From: Candidatus Kapaibacterium sp.
GTDB taxonomy: Bacteria > Bacteroidota > Ignavibacteria > Kapaibacteriales > UBA2268
Reading direction: 5' to 3'
Assembly (NCBI GenBank): GCA_963665665.1
Contig: OY762428.1
Location: 2,784,001 to 2,848,000, forward strand
Length of the DNA: 64,000 nt
In this document: positions 20,054 through 28,585 of the stretch, one piece after another
Numbering within the stretch: position 1 is the first letter of the stretch
Layout: the number at the start of each line of letters is the position of its first letter
Program-made: the position numbers and the translations under genes
The notes under the pieces: generated by a model
The model's database searches: none
What the model was told of the DNA's origin: nothing
What the model saw: the letters and a program-made list of their open reading frames with translations, nothing else

Positions 20054-21316
20054 ATGAAAAAATTCATTTTATTAAGCGCGTTTTTATCATTCTTATTTTC
20101 TGCCGGGGCAAGGGCACAGGCCGATTCCCTCGTGATGTGGACTAATAATGAGGTTCAATTCCACTCTATGCCTGCAATTCATCCCAACGGGAATGTGTTG
20201 ATACGAAGCCATTACGATATCCTGGAAATTAACGGTTTAACCGGCGAAATTATGAGGAATATCAATGTTCCTTTTACAGGTATTGTTAGCGATTGGATTG
20301 ATATTTCTAAGGATGGCACACGTTTCGTAGCTTGCCGGAAAATCGTTGATTACGAGACAGGGGAAATTATCGGAGAACTGCCGGAGGAAACTGCATACGT
20401 TAAATTTTTCCATCCGGATAATAATTTGTTGATCTACAAAATAAATACTCTGGAAAATAATCGCTGGTTCATCATGAATATTGATCAGGGTAATTCAATT
20501 ATAGTTGAAAATTTGTCGAATTATACAACAGCCTTTGAAGTATCACTTGACGGCAGGTTTTTAGCACTTGCAACATTAGAAAACTACGACACAGAAGATG
20601 AATCTACCCACTTCTACCTTTTCGATGCGCAAACAATGCAGTTTATTAAGGAGCTTGAAGACTACCCTGCCAATGGCAGAAGAATTGAGTATATTCAGTT
20701 TTCTGAAAATGCTAAGTATGTGGGGTATGGACATAAAAATGGCCATAAAAAAGCAACATTCTTCACATGTGAAGCTCCTTATCAGAAATGGGAATATGGA
20801 TTTTATAATATCGGCTTTATAAACGAAGAATATATTTTTTTATTCTCTTCTAGTGTTAACTATTGTTATGGTGTAATTCGCAGGATTTCTGATAATACTG
20901 ATATTTATGAAACAAATATATATTCATCAAGAATCCCTCTTTTTAATGATAATTACAATTCAATCATTACAGATTACTTTTTTTTATCTGATCCAGAACA
21001 ATTTATTCGTTGTTTAAATTCCTTAGATTTCGAAAAAATCCTTAGTACCGTAGGCGTTAAAGAAGAAGAGGATGCAAACGCGTTCAGGGCTGAATACTCG
21101 GGCGGCATACTGACAATAAACGGGCTTGAAAGCCAAAGCGTAGAAATCAACCTTGCTGTTAATAATATTCAGGGGGAAGTGGTTTTTTCTCAAAATATTG
21201 CTGCTGTTCAGGGTTCGCAAATATCGTTGCCCGTATCATTGCCCTCGGGGGTTTATATTGCCCGGATCAGGACGAGAGAAAATAATTATTCCTCAAAATT
21301 TATCGTGGTTAACTAA
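20054..21316 (+). CDS. secreted beta-propeller (WD40/YVTN-like) protein with T9SS-type C-terminal domain, paralogue 1
   Basis: Signal peptide; propeller-like blade motifs (ISKDGTRF, VSLDGRFLA, FSENAKY); C-terminal LPSGVYIARI...KFIVVN. Confidence 0.75.
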   Translation: MKKFILLSAFLSFLFSAGARAQADSLVMWTNNEVQFHSMPAIHPNGNVLIRSHYDILEINGLTGEIMRNINVPFTGIVSDWIDISKDGTRFVACRKIVDYETGEIIGELPEETAYVKFFHPDNNLLIYKINTLENNRWFIMNIDQGNSIIVENLSNYTTAFEVSLDGRFLALATLENYDTEDESTHFYLFDAQTMQFIKELEDYPANGRRIEYIQFSENAKYVGYGHKNGHKKATFFTCEAPYQKWEYGFYNIGFINEEYIFLFSSSVNYCYGVIRRISDNTDIYETNIYSSRIPLFNDNYNSIITDYFFLSDPEQFIRCLNSLDFEKILSTVGVKEEEDANAFRAEYSGGILTINGLESQSVEINLAVNNIQGEVVFSQNIAAVQGSQISLPVSLPSGVYIARIRTRENNYSSKFIVVN

Positions 21317-21357
21317 GGGAAAAAAATGAAAAAGATAATTCACAATAGTATTTATTG

Positions 21358-21413
21358 AACTAACCCCGCCCCGCTTTCAGCGCTGACAGGTTCAGGATTG
21401 AAAGCGGCGGCTG
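21358..21413 (+). repeat. conserved 3' hairpin of the paralogue unit, copy 1
   Basis: ccgctttca...tgaaagcgg stem; near-identical copy at 22785-22841. Confidence 0.7.
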
Positions 21414-21533
21414 GAAAAATGAAGAAAAAAAGCCGGGAATCATGAGACCGAATTGAATTTGATATGTTACTAACTATATATAAATAATACTACCCGATGG
21501 TAGTAATGTAAAAACAATTATAGGGGCTTTACC

Positions 21534-22790
21534 ATGAAAAAACTAATTTTATTATGCACGTTTTTATCATTCTTATTTTCCGCCGGGGCAAGGGCACAGG
21601 CCGATTCCCTCGTGATGTGGACTAATAATGAGGTTCAATTCCACTCTATGCCTGCAATTCATCCCAACGGGAACGTGTTGATACGAAGCCATTACGATAT
21701 CCTGGAAATTAACGGTTTAACCGGCGAAATTATAAGGAATATCAATGTGCCTTTTACAGGCTATATTAGCGATTTGATTGAAATTTCTACGGACGGCACA
21801 CGTTTTATGGCCTGTGGCTGCCTTGTTGATTACGAGAGTGGAGAAGTTCTAAGGAATGATTTGCCAAGGTATCATGTTCTATTTAAAAATCCAGATAGTG
21901 ACAAAATAATATTCAATAAAAGTAATAAATCAATAAGAATTATGAATTTGAATGATAATTCATATATTGATTATAATGTATTGCCTGCCAAAAGGTCAGT
22001 TACCGCAATTGAAATATCCAATAACGGGCATTTTCTTGCATTAGCACAAATAGATTTCGATGACGAAGAACACACCCACTTCTACCTTTTCGATGCGCAA
22101 ACAATGCAGTTTATTAAGGAGCTTGAAGACTACCCTGCCAATGGCAGAAGAATTGAGTATATTCAGTTTTCTGAAAATGCTAAATATGTAAGTTATGGAC
22201 TTAATCATTCTGGCTCACCAAAAGCTGCCATTTTTTTAACGGAAACGCCGTATTCAGGGTGGATATTAAAAACTGAAACAACTCCGCCCAAAGGATTTTA
22301 TGGATTAGGTATGATTGGTGATAAATATGTTTTTGCAACGTCAGCTATTGGAAATGATTTTCATTCAATTATATGGGATATTGATAATGAAAAAGAAATA
22401 TATTTTTCATCAGAATATGGTTCTTCAAATCCGCTATACAACTATGCAGCTAAAAATATAATTGTACACGATAATGGAAATTATACATTAGTCGCCCTTG
22501 ATTTCGAAAAAATCCTTAGTACCGTGGGCGTTAAAGAAGAAGAGGATGCAAACGCGTTCAGGGCTGAATACTCTGGCGGGATACTGACAATAAACGGGCT
22601 TGAAAGCCAAAGCGTAGAAATCAACCTTACAATTAATAATATTCAGGGGGAATTAGTATTTTCTCAAAATATTGCTGCTGTTCATGGCTCGCAAATATCG
22701 TTGCCCGTATCATTGCCCTCGGGGGTTTATATTGCCCGGATCAGGACGAGAGAAAATAATTATTCCTCAAAATTTATCGTGGTTAACTAA
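21534..22790 (+). CDS. secreted beta-propeller protein with T9SS-type C-terminal domain, paralogue 2
   Basis: Same architecture as 20054..21316, with near-identical N-terminal, central and C-terminal blocks. Confidence 0.75.
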   Translation: MKKLILLCTFLSFLFSAGARAQADSLVMWTNNEVQFHSMPAIHPNGNVLIRSHYDILEINGLTGEIIRNINVPFTGYISDLIEISTDGTRFMACGCLVDYESGEVLRNDLPRYHVLFKNPDSDKIIFNKSNKSIRIMNLNDNSYIDYNVLPAKRSVTAIEISNNGHFLALAQIDFDDEEHTHFYLFDAQTMQFIKELEDYPANGRRIEYIQFSENAKYVSYGLNHSGSPKAAIFLTETPYSGWILKTETTPPKGFYGLGMIGDKYVFATSAIGNDFHSIIWDIDNEKEIYFSSEYGSSNPLYNYAAKNIIVHDNGNYTLVALDFEKILSTVGVKEEEDANAFRAEYSGGILTINGLESQSVEINLTINNIQGELVFSQNIAAVHGSQISLPVSLPSGVYIARIRTRENNYSSKFIVVN

Positions 22791-22841
22791 CTCCGCCCCC
22801 GCTTTCAGCGCTGATAAGTTCAGGATTGAAAGCGGCGGCTG
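22785..22841 (+). repeat. conserved 3' hairpin of the paralogue unit, copy 2
   Basis: aactaactccgcccccgctttcagcgctgataagttcaggattgaaagcggcggctg. Confidence 0.7.
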
Positions 22842-23053
22842 TCCCTCAACTCAACCATCATCAAAATTCAATAGCCACGTGCTTTAGCTCGTGGATAATA
22901 ATGCCTTGACCGGAGTCAAAGCAAGAAAACCACCCCTGTATTCCCCTCCTACTTTAGGAGGGGATAAGAAGTTAAATATCATAGAATTAACTCCCCCTCC
23001 TTCCCAAGGAGGGGGCCGGGGGGAGGTAGGAGGGGGCTATGGTAATGCACCGA

Positions 23054-23641
23054 TGTTTGAAGATAATGAACTCTTGGTTGAAGCTATTGCAGCAATGTTT
23101 TGCTTTATTGCTGCCTTGGTCGGAGTTATTGCTGCCTTGGTCGAAGTCATTGCTGCCTTGTTTGAAGATAATGAACTCTTGGTCGACACTATTGCAGCAA
23201 TGTTTTGCTTTATTGATGCCTTGGTCGGAGTTATTGACACCTTGGTCGGAGTTATTGCTGCCTTGCTCGAAGTCATTGCCGCCTTGTTTGAAGATAATGA
23301 GGTCTTGGTCGACACTATTGCAGCAATGTTTTGCTTTATTGACGCCTTGGTCGGAGTTATTGACGCCTTGGTTGAAGTCATTGCCGCCTTGGCCGGAGTT
23401 ATTGCTGCCTTGGTCGGAGTTATTGCTGCCTTGGTCGAAGTCATTGCTGCCTTGGTCGAAGTCATTGCTGCCTTGGTCGAAGTCATTGCTGCCTTGGTCG
23501 AAGTCATTGCTGCCTTGGTCGGAGGCATTGAACTCTTGGTTGAAGGCATTGAACTCTTGGTCGGAGGTATTGAACTCTTGGTCGGAGGCATTGAACTCTT
23601 GGTCGGAGGCATTGAACTCTTGGTCGGAGGCAAAGAACATG
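23054..23641 (+). repeat. 21-bp tandem array, arm 1 (28 units, e.g. tggtcgaagtcattgctgcct / tggtcggaggcattgaactct)
   Basis: Exact 21-nt period visible, heptad translation (LVEVIAA, LVGGIEL); three higher-order blocks of 105-126 bp at the 5' end. Confidence 0.95.
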
Positions 23642-23935
23642 TTCAGTAAGATCAACCAAGCGTTCAGTAAGGTCAAACAAGTGTTCAGTAAGATCAACCA
23701 AGTGTTCAGTAAGGTCAACCAAGTGTTCAGTAAGGTCAAACAAGCGTTCAGTAAGGTCAACCAAGTGTTCAGTAAAGCCAACCAAGTGTTCAGTAAGGTC
23801 AACCAAGTGTTCAGTAAAGCCAACCAAGTGTTCAGTAAGGTCAACCAAGTGTTCAGTAAAGCCAACCAAGTGTTCAATGAGGCCAAATTTCACTACAATA
23901 AGGCCAAACAGTAGTTCAATACCTCCGGCCAAGGC
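23640..23935 (-). repeat. 21-bp tandem array, arm 2 (11 core plus ~3 degenerate units, gttcagtaaggtcaaccaagt on + strand)
   Basis: Reverse complement ttggttgaccttactgaacac resembles the arm-1 unit ttggtcggaggcattgaactc; the arms meet at palindrome GAACATGTTC (23635-23644). Confidence 0.92.
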
Positions 23936-24642
23936 AGTTTAAAGCCCTGCCAACAAGGCATTTAGCCCAAACATTTGAATTCTGGTTCAAAACAGCATTG
24001 AAGTAAGGAAATTATTCGATTCAATGAAACCACCGGATGGGGAATTAAGGCCGGCGGCCGCTTCATTGGGGTGGAAGAACGGGTAAACAGAGCAAATGAA
24101 TGAGGTGTTATGTTGTCATTCCCCGACACGTCACCGAAAAATCGGTGCAGGCAGGGGCAGGCTTCCGGAGCTTGCGACCGAAGAATCCATCTTTGTTTGC
24201 AGATAGTGTGTGAAGAATGGATACTTCGCTTCGCTCAGTATGACAATACACAAACTATAATAACTTCAATCGCAAAAAGAAACCACCCCAGCCTGTCCCG
24301 ACGTGTCGGGAACTCGCTGCGCTCGCCACCCCTCAACGAGGGGAATTTTAAGAATCCACCCCGCCCTTCGGGCACCCCTCAACGAGGGGAATTTTCCGGA
24401 AGTCCACCCCCGCCCTTTCCCGACACGTCGGCGCCAGCGGGGGACAGGTGATTTTCACTCCTTACCAAGTTGTACTTGGGAAGGATTATTTCCTGCAAAG
24501 TTTGACTTTGGAATAGAGAAGCTCAGCTTCAAATGAAAACTGCATTAGCAAGGACAATTTGGGAAAGATTAGAACAAACGGACATCAGAATTAAGATTAA
24601 TATTAACTATCGGGCTTTGCTCTGCTTTCTGATTACCCAATA

Positions 24643-26607
24643 CTATTTCTGGTTAATAGCTCCACGCATTTTCAGTATATACTTTGATCTGTCGAGTGGA
24701 GATATTCCCTTGTATTCCCTTGTTTTTCCTTCACCCTGCGGACATTTCTCATAACCGGAAAGACGAACAGTAAATTTTGCCCTGCCACCGGTTAGCGAGC
24801 TAAGCCTGATGGAATAATCCATAGATGATGCCAGCGGTACTTTCCCCACGAGTTCAAATATTCCATTATTTATCATCGCGGGTTCGAAACTGCCTCGCAT
24901 ATTTATTATATCGCCGGTTATCCTGCCGAGGAATTCATCCGGGGCAATAATCTTAAATGACAGAATCGGTTCCAGCAGGTTGGTCCCGGTTTCGGTCAGG
25001 CCTTTCATCAGGGCAATCGGAGTCGCAAGCTTAAAATCACCCGGATTGCTGTGCATCACGTGGTCTTCGCCATCCACGAGCGTTACTTTCATATCAGTTA
25101 CTTCCCAGCCTTTTATTCCCTGCTTTATTGCTTGCGGGATAGTCACTTCAACTTCATTCTGATATTTCCTTTGGATAAAATCAGTGCTGAGTTCCGATTT
25201 GTAAATAATGCCGCTTCCCGTTTTTCCGGGTTCGATTAATAGTTTGATAACGGCCCAGCATGGTTTGGGCATTGTGTATCTATCAATTCCGAATCCTGAT
25301 CCGGACGGAGTTTCTTTATATATAACTTCCGGATCGGTAAACCTTGCTGCAATTCCGAATCTCAGGTTAAGTTGTTCAGTAATTATCTCTGTCTGTATAG
25401 CCCCCATAATCTTCAGCTGAAGCTGTCTTTCTTCTCTGAACCATTCAAAATTGAGAGTTGGGTCTTCAGATGACAGCATTTGCAGGGCTTCGGCAAGTTT
25501 TAAATAGTCAGCGTCGTTTTCCGGCAGTACTTGTACTGACAGAAGTGGCTCGGCTATCGAGCATTTTCCGGGAACAGGCCCGGGATTACCAAGAATATCA
25601 CCAATCCGTACTTCAGGCATTCCACAAAGCCAGGCAATATCACCGGCTGAAAATGAAGGAACACTTTCCAGTTTATTCGAGAATTTTTTCCTTATCTGGG
25701 AAATTTTTTCATCCCTGCCGGCAGTATGGTTTTTTATAATATCTCTTGTGATTATAGTTCCTGAAAATAGTCTTACTCCCGCTACCCTGCCAAGCCTGTC
25801 ATCATGATCGATACTGAAAACCAGGCCGGAAGGAGGAGTTTCAGTATCAGCAGATGCATCAGGGAATAGTTCAATAATTCTGTCAAGCAGGTAATCAACA
25901 CCAATATTATTTTTTGCTACACCAAATATTATCGGAAATATTTTTCTTTCCGAAACACTTTTTTTCAGTGAACCTGAAATTTGATCAAAATTAATTTTTT
26001 CGCCGTTCAGGTATTTTTCGAGTAATATATCGTCCTTTTCGGCAATGGCTTCTATAAGTTCTTCATTTTCAATTTTAAAAATATCAGTTATTCCGGCATC
26101 CTGGACGCCTTCATTAACAGTTTTATTCAGCATAACAAGGTCACTGCTGAATTCTTTCCTGATATCAATAATTAATTTTGGCGTATCAGTGCCAACGCGG
26201 TCAATTTTATTGATAAATATTATTGTCGGGATATTTAGTTCTTTCAGTGCGTTCCAGATAGCTGATGACTGTGCCTGAATGCCTTCTACTGCGGAAAGAA
26301 GCAGTACGGCACAATCCATTACCCTTATTGAACGCTCAACCTCGGCGGAAAAATCAATATGGCCGGGGGTATCGATTAAATTTATACGAACATCCTTCCA
26401 GTTGAAATACACCGACGAAGCCCGAACAGATATACCACGCTTTTTTTCTACCTCCAGGTAATCTGTCTGGGAAGCCCCTTTATCCACACTTCCGGCTGAT
26501 TTTATCCTGCCGCTTTGAAAGAGCATATTTTCTGTTAATGTAGTTTTTCCTGAATCAACATGCGCCATCAGCCCGAGATTTCTGATCTTATCAATATTTT
26601 CCGCCAT
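24643..26607 (-). CDS. TetM/TetO-like translational GTPase (ribosomal-protection-protein family homologue)
   Basis: AHVDSGKTT, RGISVR, NLIDTPGHIDF, NKID, EDPTL, domain IV PKPCWA, LLEPILSF, C-terminal SPLDRSKY; 654 aa. Confidence 0.85.
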   Translation of the reverse strand: MAENIDKIRNLGLMAHVDSGKTTLTENMLFQSGRIKSAGSVDKGASQTDYLEVEKKRGISVRASSVYFNWKDVRINLIDTPGHIDFSAEVERSIRVMDCAVLLLSAVEGIQAQSSAIWNALKELNIPTIIFINKIDRVGTDTPKLIIDIRKEFSSDLVMLNKTVNEGVQDAGITDIFKIENEELIEAIAEKDDILLEKYLNGEKINFDQISGSLKKSVSERKIFPIIFGVAKNNIGVDYLLDRIIELFPDASADTETPPSGLVFSIDHDDRLGRVAGVRLFSGTIITRDIIKNHTAGRDEKISQIRKKFSNKLESVPSFSAGDIAWLCGMPEVRIGDILGNPGPVPGKCSIAEPLLSVQVLPENDADYLKLAEALQMLSSEDPTLNFEWFREERQLQLKIMGAIQTEIITEQLNLRFGIAARFTDPEVIYKETPSGSGFGIDRYTMPKPCWAVIKLLIEPGKTGSGIIYKSELSTDFIQRKYQNEVEVTIPQAIKQGIKGWEVTDMKVTLVDGEDHVMHSNPGDFKLATPIALMKGLTETGTNLLEPILSFKIIAPDEFLGRITGDIINMRGSFEPAMINNGIFELVGKVPLASSMDYSIRLSSLTGGRAKFTVRLSGYEKCPQGEGKTREYKGISPLDRSKYILKMRGAINQK

Positions 26608-26713
26608 TCCTGTCCAAGCAATTATTCATTTCTTTTAATAACAAATATATTGATTTTTTAATTCGTATTATTGTTCGTGGAATAAGAAAAGTTTGCTGAA
26701 ATCAGGAAAACAA

Positions 26714-27739
26714 CTATTTTTTTATTACCAGGACAGCTGAATTTATTGAACTATGAATGAAATAAATTCCCGAATGAAAATCCCGGGTATCGATTCTAAT
26801 TATGCCGGGGCCTCCGGAAGTATTGATCCGTTCAGTTGTTTGGCCGTATAAATCTGTGATAGTAACTATTTCATTTTTGCCTTTTGCATCAAGGAAGAAG
26901 TAATCCGATGCAGGATTCGGAAAAATATTAAAGGAATGCACTTTAAAATTCATTTCCTCCGAAACATCATTTGCATTTCCAGTTAGCCATGAAACCATAT
27001 TAAAAAGTAAATTCCAATCGCTTTCAATATCGTCCAGTTCTCCGGCAAAATCTGTACCATCCCGGCTGTCATTCTCTTCAATTTCAAGATGAGGGCCAAT
27101 CAGCAAAACCTTGCCATTTCCCCGGGTAAATTTGATAATTGCCGGAAGTTTGTTATACTCATCCCAAACAGAAACTGTATCAAAATCGAAACCACTATCG
27201 GAAAGAAAATATGGTCCGCCGTAATATAGTACATGATTGGTCAATGTATCATTGGGGGCAAATTTGGGATCAATTGTTTTTATTTTGGTCATGCTGTATT
27301 GATCCCACTCGGCAATACTATCAATTGCGCCGACTGTACTGCCCTGAAAAAGTCCGAGGCCATACTTATAGCTAAATCCCTCCCAAACAACCTCTGTGGA
27401 TGCAAAGTAAGCGCCGGCACAAATTCCAAGGTAAGCTCCGCCTGAATCAATATAATTTCTTATTGCATTCAGCCCTTTATTAGTCAGGGCTTTCTTGTAA
27501 TTGTATGCATAGCCTCCGGGAAAGCAGATTATCCTGCAATCGCTATCAATTACCCCGGAATTAATATCATCAGCATAAATCCTCTTCGTGCTCATGCTAT
27601 AGTAATCATAAAAGTTTTCAAGGGCAATTATCCCGGGTTCCCAGGCACCATCGTCTGAATAGATTAAAACATCTTCAGCCTTAAGGCTAATCGATATCAT
27701 AAAAATAACAACTATATATTTTCTTATTTTTCTATTCAA
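26714..27739 (-). CDS. BPL_N-like (class I glutamine amidotransferase-like) domain protein with T9SS C-terminal domain
   Basis: VLIYSDDGA, FPGG, YLGICAGAYFAS, YYGGPYF, GPHLE; C-terminal IFPNPASD...SGIYF; TTG start uncertain. Confidence 0.75.
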   Translation of the reverse strand: MNRKIRKYIVVIFMISISLKAEDVLIYSDDGAWEPGIIALENFYDYYSMSTKRIYADDINSGVIDSDCRIICFPGGYAYNYKKALTNKGLNAIRNYIDSGGAYLGICAGAYFASTEVVWEGFSYKYGLGLFQGSTVGAIDSIAEWDQYSMTKIKTIDPKFAPNDTLTNHVLYYGGPYFLSDSGFDFDTVSVWDEYNKLPAIIKFTRGNGKVLLIGPHLEIEENDSRDGTDFAGELDDIESDWNLLFNMVSWLTGNANDVSEEMNFKVHSFNIFPNPASDYFFLDAKGKNEIVTITDLYGQTTERINTSGGPGIIRIDTRDFHSGIYFIHSSINSAVLVIKK

Positions 27740-27787
27740 AATAACAACCCGGGTTATGAGTTTCCCGATATTACTACCAACAATATT

Positions 27788-28423
27788 TTACTTTTTAATC
27801 TTTATATGTCCGTCTTTTGCCAGCGAATTAACTATATCTTCGGCAAATGAACCGGCAACTGTCTCAAAGTCGTCGTTCATACCTTCTGATTTAGATGTAG
27901 CTGTCCATGCCACTCTTGAAGATTTTACATCAATCATATCGGTCTTGAAATTAGCGAAAAGCTTCCTTTCCTCATCACCGTCTTTTACTGTTGTTTTGGT
28001 GGTTTCTTTATATACTTCGCCCCTTTTTGTTTTGGTAGTTTTTCCTTTTGTTTCAGTAACAACTTCCGGGGCGGATTTTTCCACTTCCACGTGTTTGTCT
28101 GAAATACTTACAAGCAGGTAAGCATCGTAACCTTTTTCTCTAAGTGTACTTTCAATAGTTTTGTCATCCCAGTCGCGTGTAGGTGGGAATAGTTTATAAC
28201 CGGGCATGGCTTCGTAGCCCTGCTGCCTGAGGTATTTCACAACATTGTTTTCGATATGCTTTTTATCGTCGAAATCAGAAATTGTAGAATTCACGCAGAA
28301 CTTCTTATACTGCTTTCCCATGAAATCAGGATCAGAGAAGGAAGTTGTTTCGGTGAAAGCGCATGAACCAAGTAAAAAAGCCACTACAAGGCCGAGTGTG
28401 ATAATTTTGTAATTTTTAATCAT
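27788..28423 (-). CDS. lipoprotein of unknown function
   Basis: Lipobox LLGSC; 211-aa ORF with VAWTATSKS segment. Confidence 0.75.
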   Translation of the reverse strand: MIKNYKIITLGLVVAFLLGSCAFTETTSFSDPDFMGKQYKKFCVNSTISDFDDKKHIENNVVKYLRQQGYEAMPGYKLFPPTRDWDDKTIESTLREKGYDAYLLVSISDKHVEVEKSAPEVVTETKGKTTKTKRGEVYKETTKTTVKDGDEERKLFANFKTDMIDVKSSRVAWTATSKSEGMNDDFETVAGSFAEDIVNSLAKDGHIKIKK

Positions 28424-28585
28424 AAGTGTTCTCCCGAAAATAAATCAATTTTTTTTCAAATTAATATTTTTTGTTTCAAAAACGAAAAATAATATTCCAT
28501 CTAACAATTTATTGCTGCTTGTGCGTAATATCTTATATTGCAAACCTATTGATAACAAGGTTTCTAAAAATTAAAGATAATCAAA

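Larger units (their letters stand above)
22856..24565 (+). mobile_element. non-coding composite repeat element, copy A (REP modules plus fold-back 21-bp arrays)
   Basis: About 22887-24195 is collinear with the reverse complement of about 58063-59222; the distal modules are also shared with 57697-58060 but in a different order. Mobility is inferred. Confidence 0.7.

Noticed and set aside
21358-21413. integron attC site after each paralogue
   Set aside because: It begins with aactaac but has no complementary GTTRRRY end, and no integrase is present.
20054-22790. DGR template/variable repeat pair
   Set aside because: Differences are block-wise rather than adenine-specific, and no reverse transcriptase is in the window.
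22891-23932. five overlapping heptad-repeat ORFs (252, 299, 198, 291 and 142 aa)
   Set aside because: Open frames on both strands are a by-product of stop-free 21-bp units; there is no convincing RBS or start, and ORF boundaries differ in copy B. Coding is not strictly excluded.
23054-23935. CRISPR or TIGR-type guide array
   Set aside because: Units are contiguous 21-mers with recurring variants and no unique spacers; no cas or Nop-domain gene is nearby.
24110-24754. short ORFs of 113, 77 and 73 aa
   Set aside because: They are translations of REP palindromes or antisense overlap with the GTPase gene.
24643-26607. assigning the symbol tetM/tetO or fusA
   Set aside because: Domain IV loops differ from TetM/TetO, and the sequence lacks EF-G hallmarks such as RGITI; family-level call only.
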